Source of the DNA: Zancudomyces culisetae HAW-14-8
Lineage: Eukaryota > Fungi > Kickxellomycota
Assembly (NCBI GenBank): GCA_052426225.1
Contig: JBNJNM010000008.1
Location: 2,046,001-2,110,000, forward strand
DNA length: 64,000 nt
Direction of reading: 5' to 3'
In this document: one piece after another, positions 1 through 10,519 of the stretch
Numbering within the stretch: the stretch's first letter is position 1
Layout: each line of letters opens with the position of its first letter
The notes under the pieces: generated by a model
What the model was told of the DNA's origin: nothing
Database searches by the model: none
Seen by the model: only the letters and a program-made list of their open reading frames with translations
Translations under genes and position numbers: made by a program

Positions 1-341
1 CCAATTTTTTGATACTCTTCTCGAAAATGTATTTGGAACTGATTTATATAAAAATTAATTTAACTTTACATTTTGACTCTTAAAAAAGGACAAAAGCATT
101 TTTTTATCAAAAGAATATTATCAGCTCATTTAAGAGAATCAAGGTATAGAGAGATTGTAACATCAAAACTACCTTTAAGAGATTTTCACTAAGACGAATA
201 TCGGTCAAGATATTAAAACAAAGTATTAACGTATTTAAAAGGTATGCAACTATCCTTCCTCTATCAGGACAGATTTGTAGCATACTAAACTAGAAGTATA
301 TTTTTCATAACGATAATACAAATAGGAAAACTAGTATATTC

Positions 342-2892
342 ATGGATGTATTATTTGATCACCCAGATTTGGGTGTATTTTTCACACAACTAGTTGTGTG
401 TCTACTATTCTTTTTGGCATACTTTCTGCTGTTCTGTTATTACAGGGAGAAAAAGATATACATATATACCCCAAAACTACATTTTGGAAGACTCCAAGAA
501 AGAATTAAAGAGTTACCAAAAGGGTTTCTAAGCTGGATATTGCCATTGCTAGTGGTACCAGATAAACGATATATAAAGACAGCTGGACCGGATGGATACA
601 TGTATTTATATAACCTGGAGCTGAACATTATTATATTTATAGCTATATCCTGTCTCTCCTTAGCGGTTTTAGTCCCCATTTACTATTTTAATGGTGCAAA
701 TGGCAAAGGATTGGATAAGCTTTCCATCAACAATATACAAGTTGGCTCAAATAGTGTGTATCTGGAGAGCATATTTGCTCTGTTGTATTCAGGTAAATCT
801 ATACTTTTAAAAAATAATTTATTTAATTATTAGCCGGGCAGAAAATCTTTGCATAAAGAATATTTTATTACTTGCATATGAAACCCACACATACGTACAT
901 ACAAAAAAAAAGTATATTATAGATTTAGCTAGAATATGTATAATGTTAAAATTAATAGTTTCAGTAATAGCATCAAATTACGTTTTTGCAAAGGAAGCCA
1001 TCAAGATTCGTCAGTGGTATCTGAAAAACAAAGTCGAAAAATTAAAAGATGGGCTATATCCAGTGTTGGTAAGTGGATTGCCCAACGAAAGGGGAACTGA
1101 ACTTACAATGGCAGATCTGGCAGCAAACAATGTCGACGATGTCGATGATGTATATATGCTAAAATCAGCGATTGAAATTGAAACTTTTACTGAAATGAGA
1201 GATATCGTACAAGAAAAACTCGAAAATGCTCTTACATCAGTAGCCAGAGATGAGTTCAAATACAGAAAGGATAATCCCGAGAAGAACGATTTCTCGATTC
1301 GTAGTGATAGGTTGAGAGAGATAAGTGTATTGGCTGAGAGTATTGTAGATATTAACACCGATATAAAAACAGAAATCGACAACCTGTACGCTCAACAAAA
1401 CACTATGTCCGCAGTTATTGTGTTTCGAAATATCGCTTCAGCGCATAAATTTGTGATGAAAAAATCACATATTTTGGGACGAGAGACTCTTAGTCACATG
1501 CGATATACAGATTCCTCTTCTCATGCAATCAACTGGAGGAATCTAAATGTCACCTATCGAGAGCTTCTGACAAAAAGACACATTGGAACTATTGTCTGTG
1601 TGCTTTTGATCCTATTTTGGTCTATCCCAACAAGTTTTGTATCTGGACTGGCTTCCCTGTATAGTTTGCAGAATCTCGGTGCGTTTTCGTTTGTTAAGAA
1701 ATTACCGGCGATTATTCGGTGGGGAATAGAAGGGTTGGTTCCAACATTTGTGATGTATTATTTTTCACAAATACTTCCGTTTATGTTGAGGGCGATAATC
1801 AAATATGAAAGACACCCATTGATGCTGAACATTGAAAAAAGATTGGTGGACAAATATTTCGCATATTTGATATTCAATGTGTTTTTTGTGTATTTGGTTT
1901 CGGGAACAATTTGGTTAACAGTTACCAGTCTTCACAAAAATATAAATGTGGGGCTCACAAAGCTGGTGTATGGTGCAATTGAAAACAGCCAATTCTTTAT
2001 ACTATATATCATGATTTCTGCGTTCTACTCTTCCGGAAGCAGTTTATTTCAGAGCGTGAATATTATCTTTTCATCTTTAAAAAAATCACCGAAAACAAGA
2101 ACACCAAGAGAGGAGATGCGGATGAGGGAGCCTCGAGGTTTTAGTATGGGAATGTCGATTCCAACGGTTTCGTTTATTTTTTTCCTGGGAATGATCTACA
2201 GTGTTGTTTGTCCTTTAGTTCCATTTGTGGCACTGATCTATTTTGGGCTACATTTGGTTGTGACAAAGTACAACTTTATGTATGTTATGAATCCAAAATC
2301 CTTCAATATTGGTGGTAGGTATGCAATAAAAATGCTGGCTCATAAATGGTTTTCTTTGTATGTATTCCAGCTGATGATGATATTTTGGGCCATTGGAAAG
2401 TCGGAACTAACGCTAGCTGGGATAATTGGAAAAGCGATAATATTAGTGATTGGGCTTGTGTTGACGGGATTTAGTCATTCATACATGAAGAAAAACTTGT
2501 ATCCTAGAATCAAGTACTCCGAAGCTGCGTGTCCCAAACTTCCAGAACATTTAAGAAAGATTCCTTTAGTAAAAAGGTATGTATCTTCGATGGCCGCGCG
2601 TAAAAAAGATACCGGGATGTTCTCTGTAGATGTAGAAGATATTTTGCGCACTAAAGACTCGCCTATCTCAGAGGATAAATTTGAAAAGGAAGATGCAAAG
2701 GCAATCGCTAATCCAGCATATCAGGACTGCTGCTGCACAGAGATATGGGTACCAAAAACAGACCTTCCCGTAACATCTGATCTTTATGGCGAGCTTGACA
2801 AAAAAATGATAACCTTGGGCAATATAAACTGCTCGGATGTAGCATTTAATGATGATGGTAGTTTGGAGTTGAACAGAACTACATATCCATAA
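342..2892 (+). CDS. CSC1/OSCA1/TMEM63 (Rsn1/Phm7 family) stress-gated cation channel, 2 exons
   Basis: ORFs 342-833 and 943-2892 join in frame through a phase-1 intron at 793-958 (G|GTAAAT...TAATAG). Family-like segments include IYTPK, GPDGYMYLYNL, VLVPIY...GLDKLSINNI, INWRNL, LILFWSIP and GMIYSVVCPLV, plus many TM helices. Confidence 0.88.
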
Positions 2893-3637
2893 GCATCTAC
2901 AAGCTTCCGTTTTTTGAACTCTTTAATTATTTACGCAATCGACGTTTTTTAAGCAATGGCTTGAAAAGCCGAAAATATATTATTAACACTAATTAGTTAT
3001 TTACACACCCTATTTTGGCCGAATTAACACAAATAAATTAATTCAAAAAGACAATAAAATGGACGAGTTGGGGGGGAGGATTAATCTAAATGCTAAAACT
3101 GGAAGTTTGATTCAAGAAAACAAATTTTGATTGGTTTAGTTTTTTAGTCTTGATTATCTTGCCAAATCAGCTAGCGTGAAAGAATTCATATTTTCTTGTA
3201 AAAGATTGATTTAATTGATTTAATTGAAGAATTGGTCAAAAAATAAATAAAATGAAAGATTACAGTAATATAAAGGGATATAGTGAAAAATAAAACGAAA
3301 AAAAAGACTAGTAATGTATAATTTACATTGGTGCGTGGGAATCAAAAATCCCACAACAATTAAGTGTCTTGGATCAACGGTAATCAAGCAATACTCGGCG
3401 ACCAGAAAAGGTAAGAGAATCTGTCAGTTTCACAACACCTTTGGTGCCAAATTACGCAAAGCAGCGATAGACCCTTGGCTTAGGACAAATTTCAATTAAA
3501 ATTAATCGCATCAAATACTAACAGCAAAGAAAATAGGAAAACCCCACAAAGAAAAAAGTGTAGAGCAGGCTAAATATTCCACATCCCTAAACAATTTTAC
3601 GGAGAAAACAAATCCAAAAGATAATCAAACGAGCAGA

Positions 3638-5233
3638 ATGACAAAGTATTTGAGGGCTTCAATGGTACTGGATACCTCTGTCTCTATCGTCAAGGGAGAA
3701 CACACTGAAAATACAATCGATAATGATCAAAATAAACTTAGTAGATCAACACGCAGAAAATCGAACAAAGTAAAAACTACAGAGAATACCGCGGGCGAGG
3801 ATGTGGATAAGATCGTGATTGAATTGGAAAAGTTGACCTTGGAAAAAGTCAGTAAGCCAAAAAGGAGCCGAAAAAAGAAAAACTGTGATGATGAAGATCC
3901 TTGTAGCACCAACCAGAGCCAAGAAATACCAGGCGATAACAAAGAAGTCGAAATAAAGACGAAAACACGAAAACCAAGAGTAACAAAAAGCACAACGACT
4001 GAAAACACAGGGAAGGTTGCTCAAAGAGTAAAAAAAAAAGCAAATAGCGCCAATTTATTGGATAATCTTACTAGCGAAGAAATGGGAGGCGTATTGAAGG
4101 CATGTGGCTTTTTGGCCTCCGGGCTAAAAAGTGAGCGAAGGCAAAGTTTAGTCACGAATATCGATAAGGCCAAAAGCCTGGCGTTTGCGAGATTTTTTTC
4201 GAGAATAAAAAATCATATGAGTGCCAACGGCTCAGGGAGTAACAAAGATACAAATGCAGCTATAAAAGAAAATGAAAGAAACCAGTATTTAAAGTACGCT
4301 AAGCTGGTTGATACAAATTTAAATTTACTAGACAACTTGCAAACTAAAGAACTCTTTGATATGGCTACTTTTGTGTATTCACATTACATTTCACGGGAAC
4401 TAATATCAGTTGATGTGGGATACAAAAATCTGGCTTTTATTGAATTAACCAACACACTAGAAATAAAAAAATGGGAAAAAATTGAACTTCTTGAAAATGC
4501 TACATTTGATCCATTGTTCTTAGCATTGAAAATACGGGATTTTCTATCAAAAAAAATTCTTGAAGACGACTTTTTGTTCAAAAACGTTATTGTTGAGAGA
4601 CAAATGTATCGATTTGGTAGGGGTAGTACCGTTCTGAATGCGGCCATCATCAATGGTATGGTTGAGGCAATTATATTTTCGAATATGATTACTAACAAAA
4701 ATGTGAGAGAGCATCGATTAATCAGTAGCATCCTTCCAGCAAACGTGAGCAGTGCATGTGGGATCATGTCTGGCACAAAGAGTAGAGATCGCGCTATATC
4801 AAACTACACTTACAAAAAGAGAACTGCTGTAGAACTTGCAAATAACTTCTTGTCAAAGACACATGTTGCCTCCAGTGCTACGTTTGATGAGGTGGTTGTG
4901 TATGGAGATGATGCTGTGCTTCAGGTGTATCAAAAATATGAAGCTGTTTTGTCTCCCGAAGTTTTGATGCTACTAAAACCTATAATTACCCAACAAAACT
5001 CCCCCTCTCTATTCGATGTATATTCAGACAGTTCTAATCGCTGTGACAAACACACCGAGGATGCCATAAGGTTTGTTGAATATTTTAACTCCAACAAAAA
5101 GAAAGATGATCTAGCAGATAGTCTTGTGCAGGGAGTTGTACAGTATTATTGGCAACACAATATTGTAAAAATGCTGCTACTTTTGTTTGACAGAAATAAT
5201 TTTTTATCTGAAATCAAGAATCATTTATCCTAG
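3638..5233 (+). CDS. CCE1: Cce1/Ydc2-family RuvC-like Holliday junction resolvase with SAP-like domain
   Basis: Motifs ISVDVGYKNLAF, VIVERQ and KKKDDLADSLVQG; SAP-like segment LDNLTSEEMGGVLKACGFLASGLKSE. Confidence 0.85.
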   Translation: MTKYLRASMVLDTSVSIVKGEHTENTIDNDQNKLSRSTRRKSNKVKTTENTAGEDVDKIVIELEKLTLEKVSKPKRSRKKKNCDDEDPCSTNQSQEIPGDNKEVEIKTKTRKPRVTKSTTTENTGKVAQRVKKKANSANLLDNLTSEEMGGVLKACGFLASGLKSERRQSLVTNIDKAKSLAFARFFSRIKNHMSANGSGSNKDTNAAIKENERNQYLKYAKLVDTNLNLLDNLQTKELFDMATFVYSHYISRELISVDVGYKNLAFIELTNTLEIKKWEKIELLENATFDPLFLALKIRDFLSKKILEDDFLFKNVIVERQMYRFGRGSTVLNAAIINGMVEAIIFSNMITNKNVREHRLISSILPANVSSACGIMSGTKSRDRAISNYTYKKRTAVELANNFLSKTHVASSATFDEVVVYGDDAVLQVYQKYEAVLSPEVLMLLKPIITQQNSPSLFDVYSDSSNRCDKHTEDAIRFVEYFNSNKKKDDLADSLVQGVVQYYWQHNIVKMLLLLFDRNNFLSEIKNHLS

Positions 5234-5436
5234 CTTTTGTTTTATTTTATAGTTCTTTCTTCTGTTTGTAGTCTTTATGATGTATTTGAATTGTGTAAGG
5301 CTAATTAAAGTGTAGATTACAAATGTATTCTCTTTCTTTCCAAATTGCACTAACCAAATTCCAACCAATGAAATACCTGGAATACAAAACAAAGTGCTTA
5401 GAATGATATAATACTCAAGCTAGTTAAAAAAATATT

Positions 5437-5509
5437 GGCCGTGTAGCTCAGTGGAAAGAGTGTCCGCCTCCGGAGCGGAAGGGCCTGGGTTCGACCCCCA
5501 GCTCGGTCG
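5437..5509 (+). tRNA. tRNA-Arg(CCG)
   Basis: Cloverleaf: acceptor GGCCGTG/CTCGGTC (one U-U mismatch), D arm GCTC-AGTGGAAA-GAGT, anticodon arm TCCGC-CTCCGGA-GCGGA, T arm CTGGG-TTCGACC-CCCAG. A Pol III T-run follows at about 5519. Confidence 0.95.
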
Positions 5510-5712
5510 CGTGTAATATTTTTAACCACTTTTTTTTCTCCTTCCAGCCCATGATGTTAAAGCAAGGACAAGTGAAATAAATTGGTATTAATGAGGACTG
5601 TGAAGAAAGAATAAAAGCAAAGGTGAGACTTCTCTAGATTGTTTATTGTTGGAATGTACGTGTATTAAGAGCGTAATATAGCGAGAATAAAAAATATTGT
5701 TTTTACTATGCA

Positions 5713-7947
5713 CTAGCGTCTGGTTGACGGTCTACTAGTGGAACGACTTTTGGAGCGATGGCTGCGACTACTCCGTTTGCGGTCGCGGTCATGATCTCTC
5801 CGTTCGTGGTCGCGGTATCGATCTCTCTCGTAATCTCTATCTCTTTCCCTATCTCTATTTCTGTCTCTATCCCTACCCCTCTCCCTCTCCCTCTCCCTCT
5901 CCCTGTCTCTGTCCCTCTCCCTGTCTCTATCCCTGTCCCTGTCTCTATCACGACCATGTCTACGGCTTTCATTACGATAACTGCGGTATCTAGAGTGACT
6001 CCCTGAAGACTCAACGCTTGGCGACCGGGATCTATATCTAGATTTCGACCTTGGTATTGACCGAGATCGAGATCGAGACGGAGACTGTGACCTATCTCTA
6101 CGACTGCCATCACGCTTGGAAGACCTCCGGTAAGAAGAAGAAGTGGTAGATCTGGGTGGAGAAGAGGTTCTAGCAGATCTAGATTGTGATGATACTAAGC
6201 CACCGTACTTACTGAGGAGTCTTTCCTGGGCTTCCTTTAGCTTTGCACCGACATCGCCAGCACCATCGGCATTCGAGGCAGACCCTCTGTTGGTTGAAGA
6301 AAGTGATGTAGCTGATACTGATGAGGTGGCATTGAGATAGGAGGTAGGAGGGATGTTTGATGATGGAACTCCTGGTCTCGGCGGTTTATTGATGGCGTTC
6401 TTTGAAAAGTTTATCCTATAGATCATAATAATAATATTATCATTATTGTTAGTTAGTAGGCATTTTAAAAGGTATGAAGGAAAATAAAAAATAACGAATA
6501 AAATAAAACTTACTTTAATGGACGGCCAGCAAACATGCATCCGCTCATTGTGAGACCAATTTGGCAAGCCGCGATTGTTGCAAACTCAACAAAGGCAAAC
6601 CGAGTGGGCTGAGAAGCATCACCGGCCATTTTGACGTATGCGACGGGCCCTGCAGTGCCAAAAAAGTCCATCAGCTGCTGTTCTGTGATGTGACTAGCAA
6701 TGTTTCCTATGTAGATGGTGCGGGCAATTTCGTTAGCTTTAAACGGGTCGTGCTCAAGAATTGTGGGATGAATGATGGCTGCCATCTGTGGAGGGATCGG
6801 CTCTAACTCGCGCGGTTTCGCTGCCATCATGGCTATAACCGATGGATTGCCGAGTGGCGCCGTGTACGAAGATATTCCGGCCAGACCCATGAGCGCAGAG
6901 GTGGCACTTGCAGGGTATGCGCTGCCAATACCAGAAGCACCACCTTCGGTATTAGCAAATGAAGAGGCTAAAGCCGGGGGAAGAGTCTGGCCCTGGGGAT
7001 TTGCATAGTACGCAGCAGAGCCATATCCGACAGGTGCTATTTGAGTTGGTTGAACTATGGGTCCTGTGTATAGATAAGAAGATGCGGCACCAGCTTGGGT
7101 ATGCAAAATTTTTGAGAGTTTGAATACTTTATCACCCAGTGGCGAGTTGTTTAAAAAGATGGCCAAGTCTGCATCGTTTTCATCCGAAAAAGAAATCACA
7201 CCTTCTTTGGTACCTGGGTTAGTCGCACTAAATAATATAGGTATAGGTATATATATATATATATGTTATTTGTTTGATAATATGTATAATAATAGTGACA
7301 AATGGTTAAAACTGTATACACAAAGAGATAAAAATTGGTAAATATGGTAAAAACATTCGCCTATAGTTGTTGATTTGTACACTGTAAAATTTAAATTTGA
7401 ATTAATGCAAAAGCTTGGTTTGAAAGTATAGTAAAGGTGAGTGTTGATTTGTATAATTTGAGATTGTTAATGTTTTTATAATCAGTATGGTATGAGGAAA
7501 AGAAAGAAATATATACAATCACATCCTAACACAAAATACAAGAATACAGTAGAGATACATACACACAAGCATAAATAGAGCAATTGGTACAAGTTTTCGA
7601 ATATGAAATATTTGAAAAAGTTGAAGTGTAAAGTGTAAAGTGTAAATGAATAATTTTAGGGAAAAAGTGAGTGGAGTTTAGAGTAGTTTACCTGTTGTTT
7701 ATTTTTATGTCGCAAACGGTTCCAACATGGTTAAAAACTGTGGTTAATAAATCTTCGTCGACTGCAGTGGACAGGTTAGTAATCTATAAAATTTTGTAGG
7801 TAGAGGATGGATTAGGGAGGAGGAGGGGAGATTAGAAAGGATTAGGGTGAGGGGGAATTGAGGATAAATGTGGAATGAAAAGAGATAAAAAAGGGGGGGG
7901 GAGAGAGGGGTGTAACTTGCCTTGAGAAACGATTTTTTTTTACTCAT
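5713..7947 (-). CDS. SRSF11/SREK1-like SR splicing factor (2 RRMs + RS/RD/RE tail), 4 exons
   Basis: Exons 7947-7921, 7783-7692, 7227-6514 and 6415-5713 splice in frame. RRM1 reads MSKKKSFLK|ITNLSTAVDEDLLTTVFNHVG; RRM2 reads RTIYIGNI...RFAFVEF...GRPLK|INFSKNAINKP; an RS/RD repeat tail follows. Intron 1 is GC-AG. Confidence 0.85.
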
Positions 7948-8371
7948 ACTAATAAAAAGAGATTGCTTTTATAAATGTAAAATGGGACAAGAGATTATTC
8001 CAAGATTTATTATTTTTTATTTTTTGGGAGTATTACTAAAATGTTTAAAAAGCGAAAATATATTTATTTTGATTTAGAAACAATATGAAAAAGTAAATAG
8101 TATCAAAATAAAAATAGACTAAAGTATAATAAATCATCATAAATGATAAAGGTAAGGGAGGAGAGGAAGATAAAAAAAAGAGAGAAAATATAAAAGTAAT
8201 AAAGAAAAATATTCAAGATGATAACTAGTGAATTGGTCAACAGAAGGGGCGGGGGTTTTTTTTGTAAGGATATAGTATTATTAAGTATATCGGAATGCCG
8301 AAAAGAAATAGAGAAAATAAAAATATGAATAAAAATGAAAATAAAAAAAAGAGTATAGTATAGAAAAGGGG

Positions 8372-10519
8372 TTAGTGAGATTTGGAGAAAGCAGCAGTAG
8401 CTTTGGCCATGGTTTTTGAGGCGCGGGAAATAGGATCAGTCATGTAAAAGTTGTTGATGAGGTTGGTAAAGGCGCCAGATAGATTAGAGGTGGAAGAGGC
8501 AGAAGATGGAGCGGCAAGAGAGCGCAGGGACAAGGCGGCCAAGTCGGTGGAGGAGGGGGTCAGAGAATCGTATTCGACAAGGGTAGGGGAGACATCAGCC
8601 ATTCTAGAGCGGAGCTGAGAGATGTCAGAGTAAGGTAGGGTAAAGTCGGCAAACTCAGAGAGAGCACGGATGATTTTCCAGTCTTCTCTAGCAGCGCCAG
8701 GGGGAGAGAGGACAGCGCGAGTGAGCTGAGCACGGCCTTCGGTGTTGACGTAGGTGGCGGTCTTTTCGGTGTAAGCGGCAGAGGGGAGAATGACGTCGGC
8801 ATAGTGAGCACCGTTGTCACCGTGATGGCCTTGATAGACAACAAAGGCGGATTTGGGGAGGGAGGAGGGGTCGAATTCATCGGCGCCCAAGAGATAGAGA
8901 AACTCGGGAGAGGCAGAAGGAGCAGAGGCGTTGTAGCCAATGTCGTAGGCAGCAGCGCGAGAGGCAAAGGCCTGGAGAACATTGAAACCGTTCCAGTCAG
9001 CAGTAACGAGGTTGGGCAGTTTTGTAGCCAGGGTAGAGATGGCAGTCATGACAGCATGGGCATTGGAGTGGAAGGCAGCGTTGGAGCCAAGGAGAATCAT
9101 GGGGCGGCGGGCGTTGGCCAGAACAGAGGCAAATGGATGAGAACCGTCGGCCAAGGAGGTCAGGGCAGAGGCATCAGAGCCAACGTGGACGTAGTCGTAG
9201 GTGAGGTCAGCAGGATGGCCAACGAGCGCAACCTGCAGCTTGTTGTAGAGGTAAGGCTTGCGCAGTCTGGTGTTGAGGATAGGAGCTTCGTGGCGAGGAT
9301 TACAGCCAACAATAAGCAAAGCATCGGCAGACTCAACGCCAGCAAGCGATGAGTTGAGGGTGTATGCTGTACGGAAATCTGTGTTGGTGGCGTTGGGAGC
9401 TGCGTTGTCAACGCGCAGACTCTCGGCGCCTACAGCATTCAGCAGATCCTTCAACGCAACCATCGATTCGGCGTCGGCCTGGTTGCCAGCAACACCTTCA
9501 ATGCGCTCAGGACTGGCTTGTCGCAACTTGCTGGCCACCAACGCCAATGCGTCTGCCCACGATGCTGCTACAAACCGATCGTCTTGCCGGACCAATGGGT
9601 ATGTAAGTCGCTGGTTCTTCAACCCGTCGCAGCTGTATCGTGTCTTGTCGCTGATCCAGTCCTCGTTGACTTCGTCGTTTGTGCGTGGCAATACTCGTAG
9701 AACTTCCTCTCCTCGGCTGTCTACGCGGATATTGCTGCCAATGCCGTCCATCACATCAATACTTTCTGTATTGCGCAGTTCCCATGGTCTTGCTTTGAAC
9801 TCGTATGGTTTGGATGTCAATGCTCCAACTGGACACAAATCCACAATATTTCCCGACATCTCTGAATCCAGTGTTCTTTCCACATATGTACCTATCTGCA
9901 TATTGTTTCCTCGTCCTGTTGTTCCCAATTCCGGTACTCCTGCCACCTCGTTTGCAAACCGGACACATCTTGTACACTGGATACACCGTGTCATTGTCAT
10001 CTTCACCAGTGGTCCTATATCCTTGTCCTCCACTGCTCTCTTTTCCTCATTAAACCGGCTTCTATCACTGCCGTATCTCATAGATTGTTCTTGCAAATCA
10101 CACTCTCCGGCTTGGTCGCATACTGGACAGTCCAGTGGATGGTTTGACAACATAAACTCCATCACTCCCTCTCTTGTCTGCTTCACTCTTGGACTATCTG
10201 TCAGTACTCGCATTCCTGGCATCACTGGCATTGCACACGACGCTGCCAGTTTTGGGCTCTTTTCTATCTCTACCAAACACATTCGGCAATTTCCTGCTAT
10301 GCCCAATCTCTCATGGTAACAAAACCGTGGAATTGTTACTCCTGCCTTTTCTGCCGCCTGGATTATTGCTGACCCTTCTTCGATCTGAACTGCCTTACCA
10401 TCGATAAACAGTTCTATCTCCTTTTTATTTATTCGGCTACTACTAATTCCCCTACTGCCTCCTACTGCTACTCTAGCTATATTTTTGTTCAATTTGACTC
10501 GGCTAATTCTCTGCATCAT
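8372..10519 (-). CDS. NDUFS1: NADH:ubiquinone oxidoreductase 75/78-kDa Fe-S subunit (complex I)
   Basis: IPRFCYHERLGIAGNCRMCLVE, HPLDCPVCDQAGECDLQ, MTRCIQCTRCVRF and DLCPVGAL; basic mitochondrial presequence. Confidence 0.98.
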   Translation of the reverse strand: MMQRISRVKLNKNIARVAVGGSRGISSSRINKKEIELFIDGKAVQIEEGSAIIQAAEKAGVTIPRFCYHERLGIAGNCRMCLVEIEKSPKLAASCAMPVMPGMRVLTDSPRVKQTREGVMEFMLSNHPLDCPVCDQAGECDLQEQSMRYGSDRSRFNEEKRAVEDKDIGPLVKMTMTRCIQCTRCVRFANEVAGVPELGTTGRGNNMQIGTYVERTLDSEMSGNIVDLCPVGALTSKPYEFKARPWELRNTESIDVMDGIGSNIRVDSRGEEVLRVLPRTNDEVNEDWISDKTRYSCDGLKNQRLTYPLVRQDDRFVAASWADALALVASKLRQASPERIEGVAGNQADAESMVALKDLLNAVGAESLRVDNAAPNATNTDFRTAYTLNSSLAGVESADALLIVGCNPRHEAPILNTRLRKPYLYNKLQVALVGHPADLTYDYVHVGSDASALTSLADGSHPFASVLANARRPMILLGSNAAFHSNAHAVMTAISTLATKLPNLVTADWNGFNVLQAFASRAAAYDIGYNASAPSASPEFLYLLGADEFDPSSLPKSAFVVYQGHHGDNGAHYADVILPSAAYTEKTATYVNTEGRAQLTRAVLSPPGAAREDWKIIRALSEFADFTLPYSDISQLRSRMADVSPTLVEYDSLTPSSTDLAALSLRSLAAPSSASSTSNLSGAFTNLINNFYMTDPISRASKTMAKATAAFSKSH

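Noticed and set aside
5706-6113. Alternative-frame ORFs over the RS/RD repeat
   Set aside because: Products of a purine-rich low-complexity repeat that lacks stops.
9258-10319. 353-aa antisense ORF over NDUFS1, and similar antisense ORFs over other genes
   Set aside because: Shadow frames of conserved genes; no motifs of their own and explained by codon bias.
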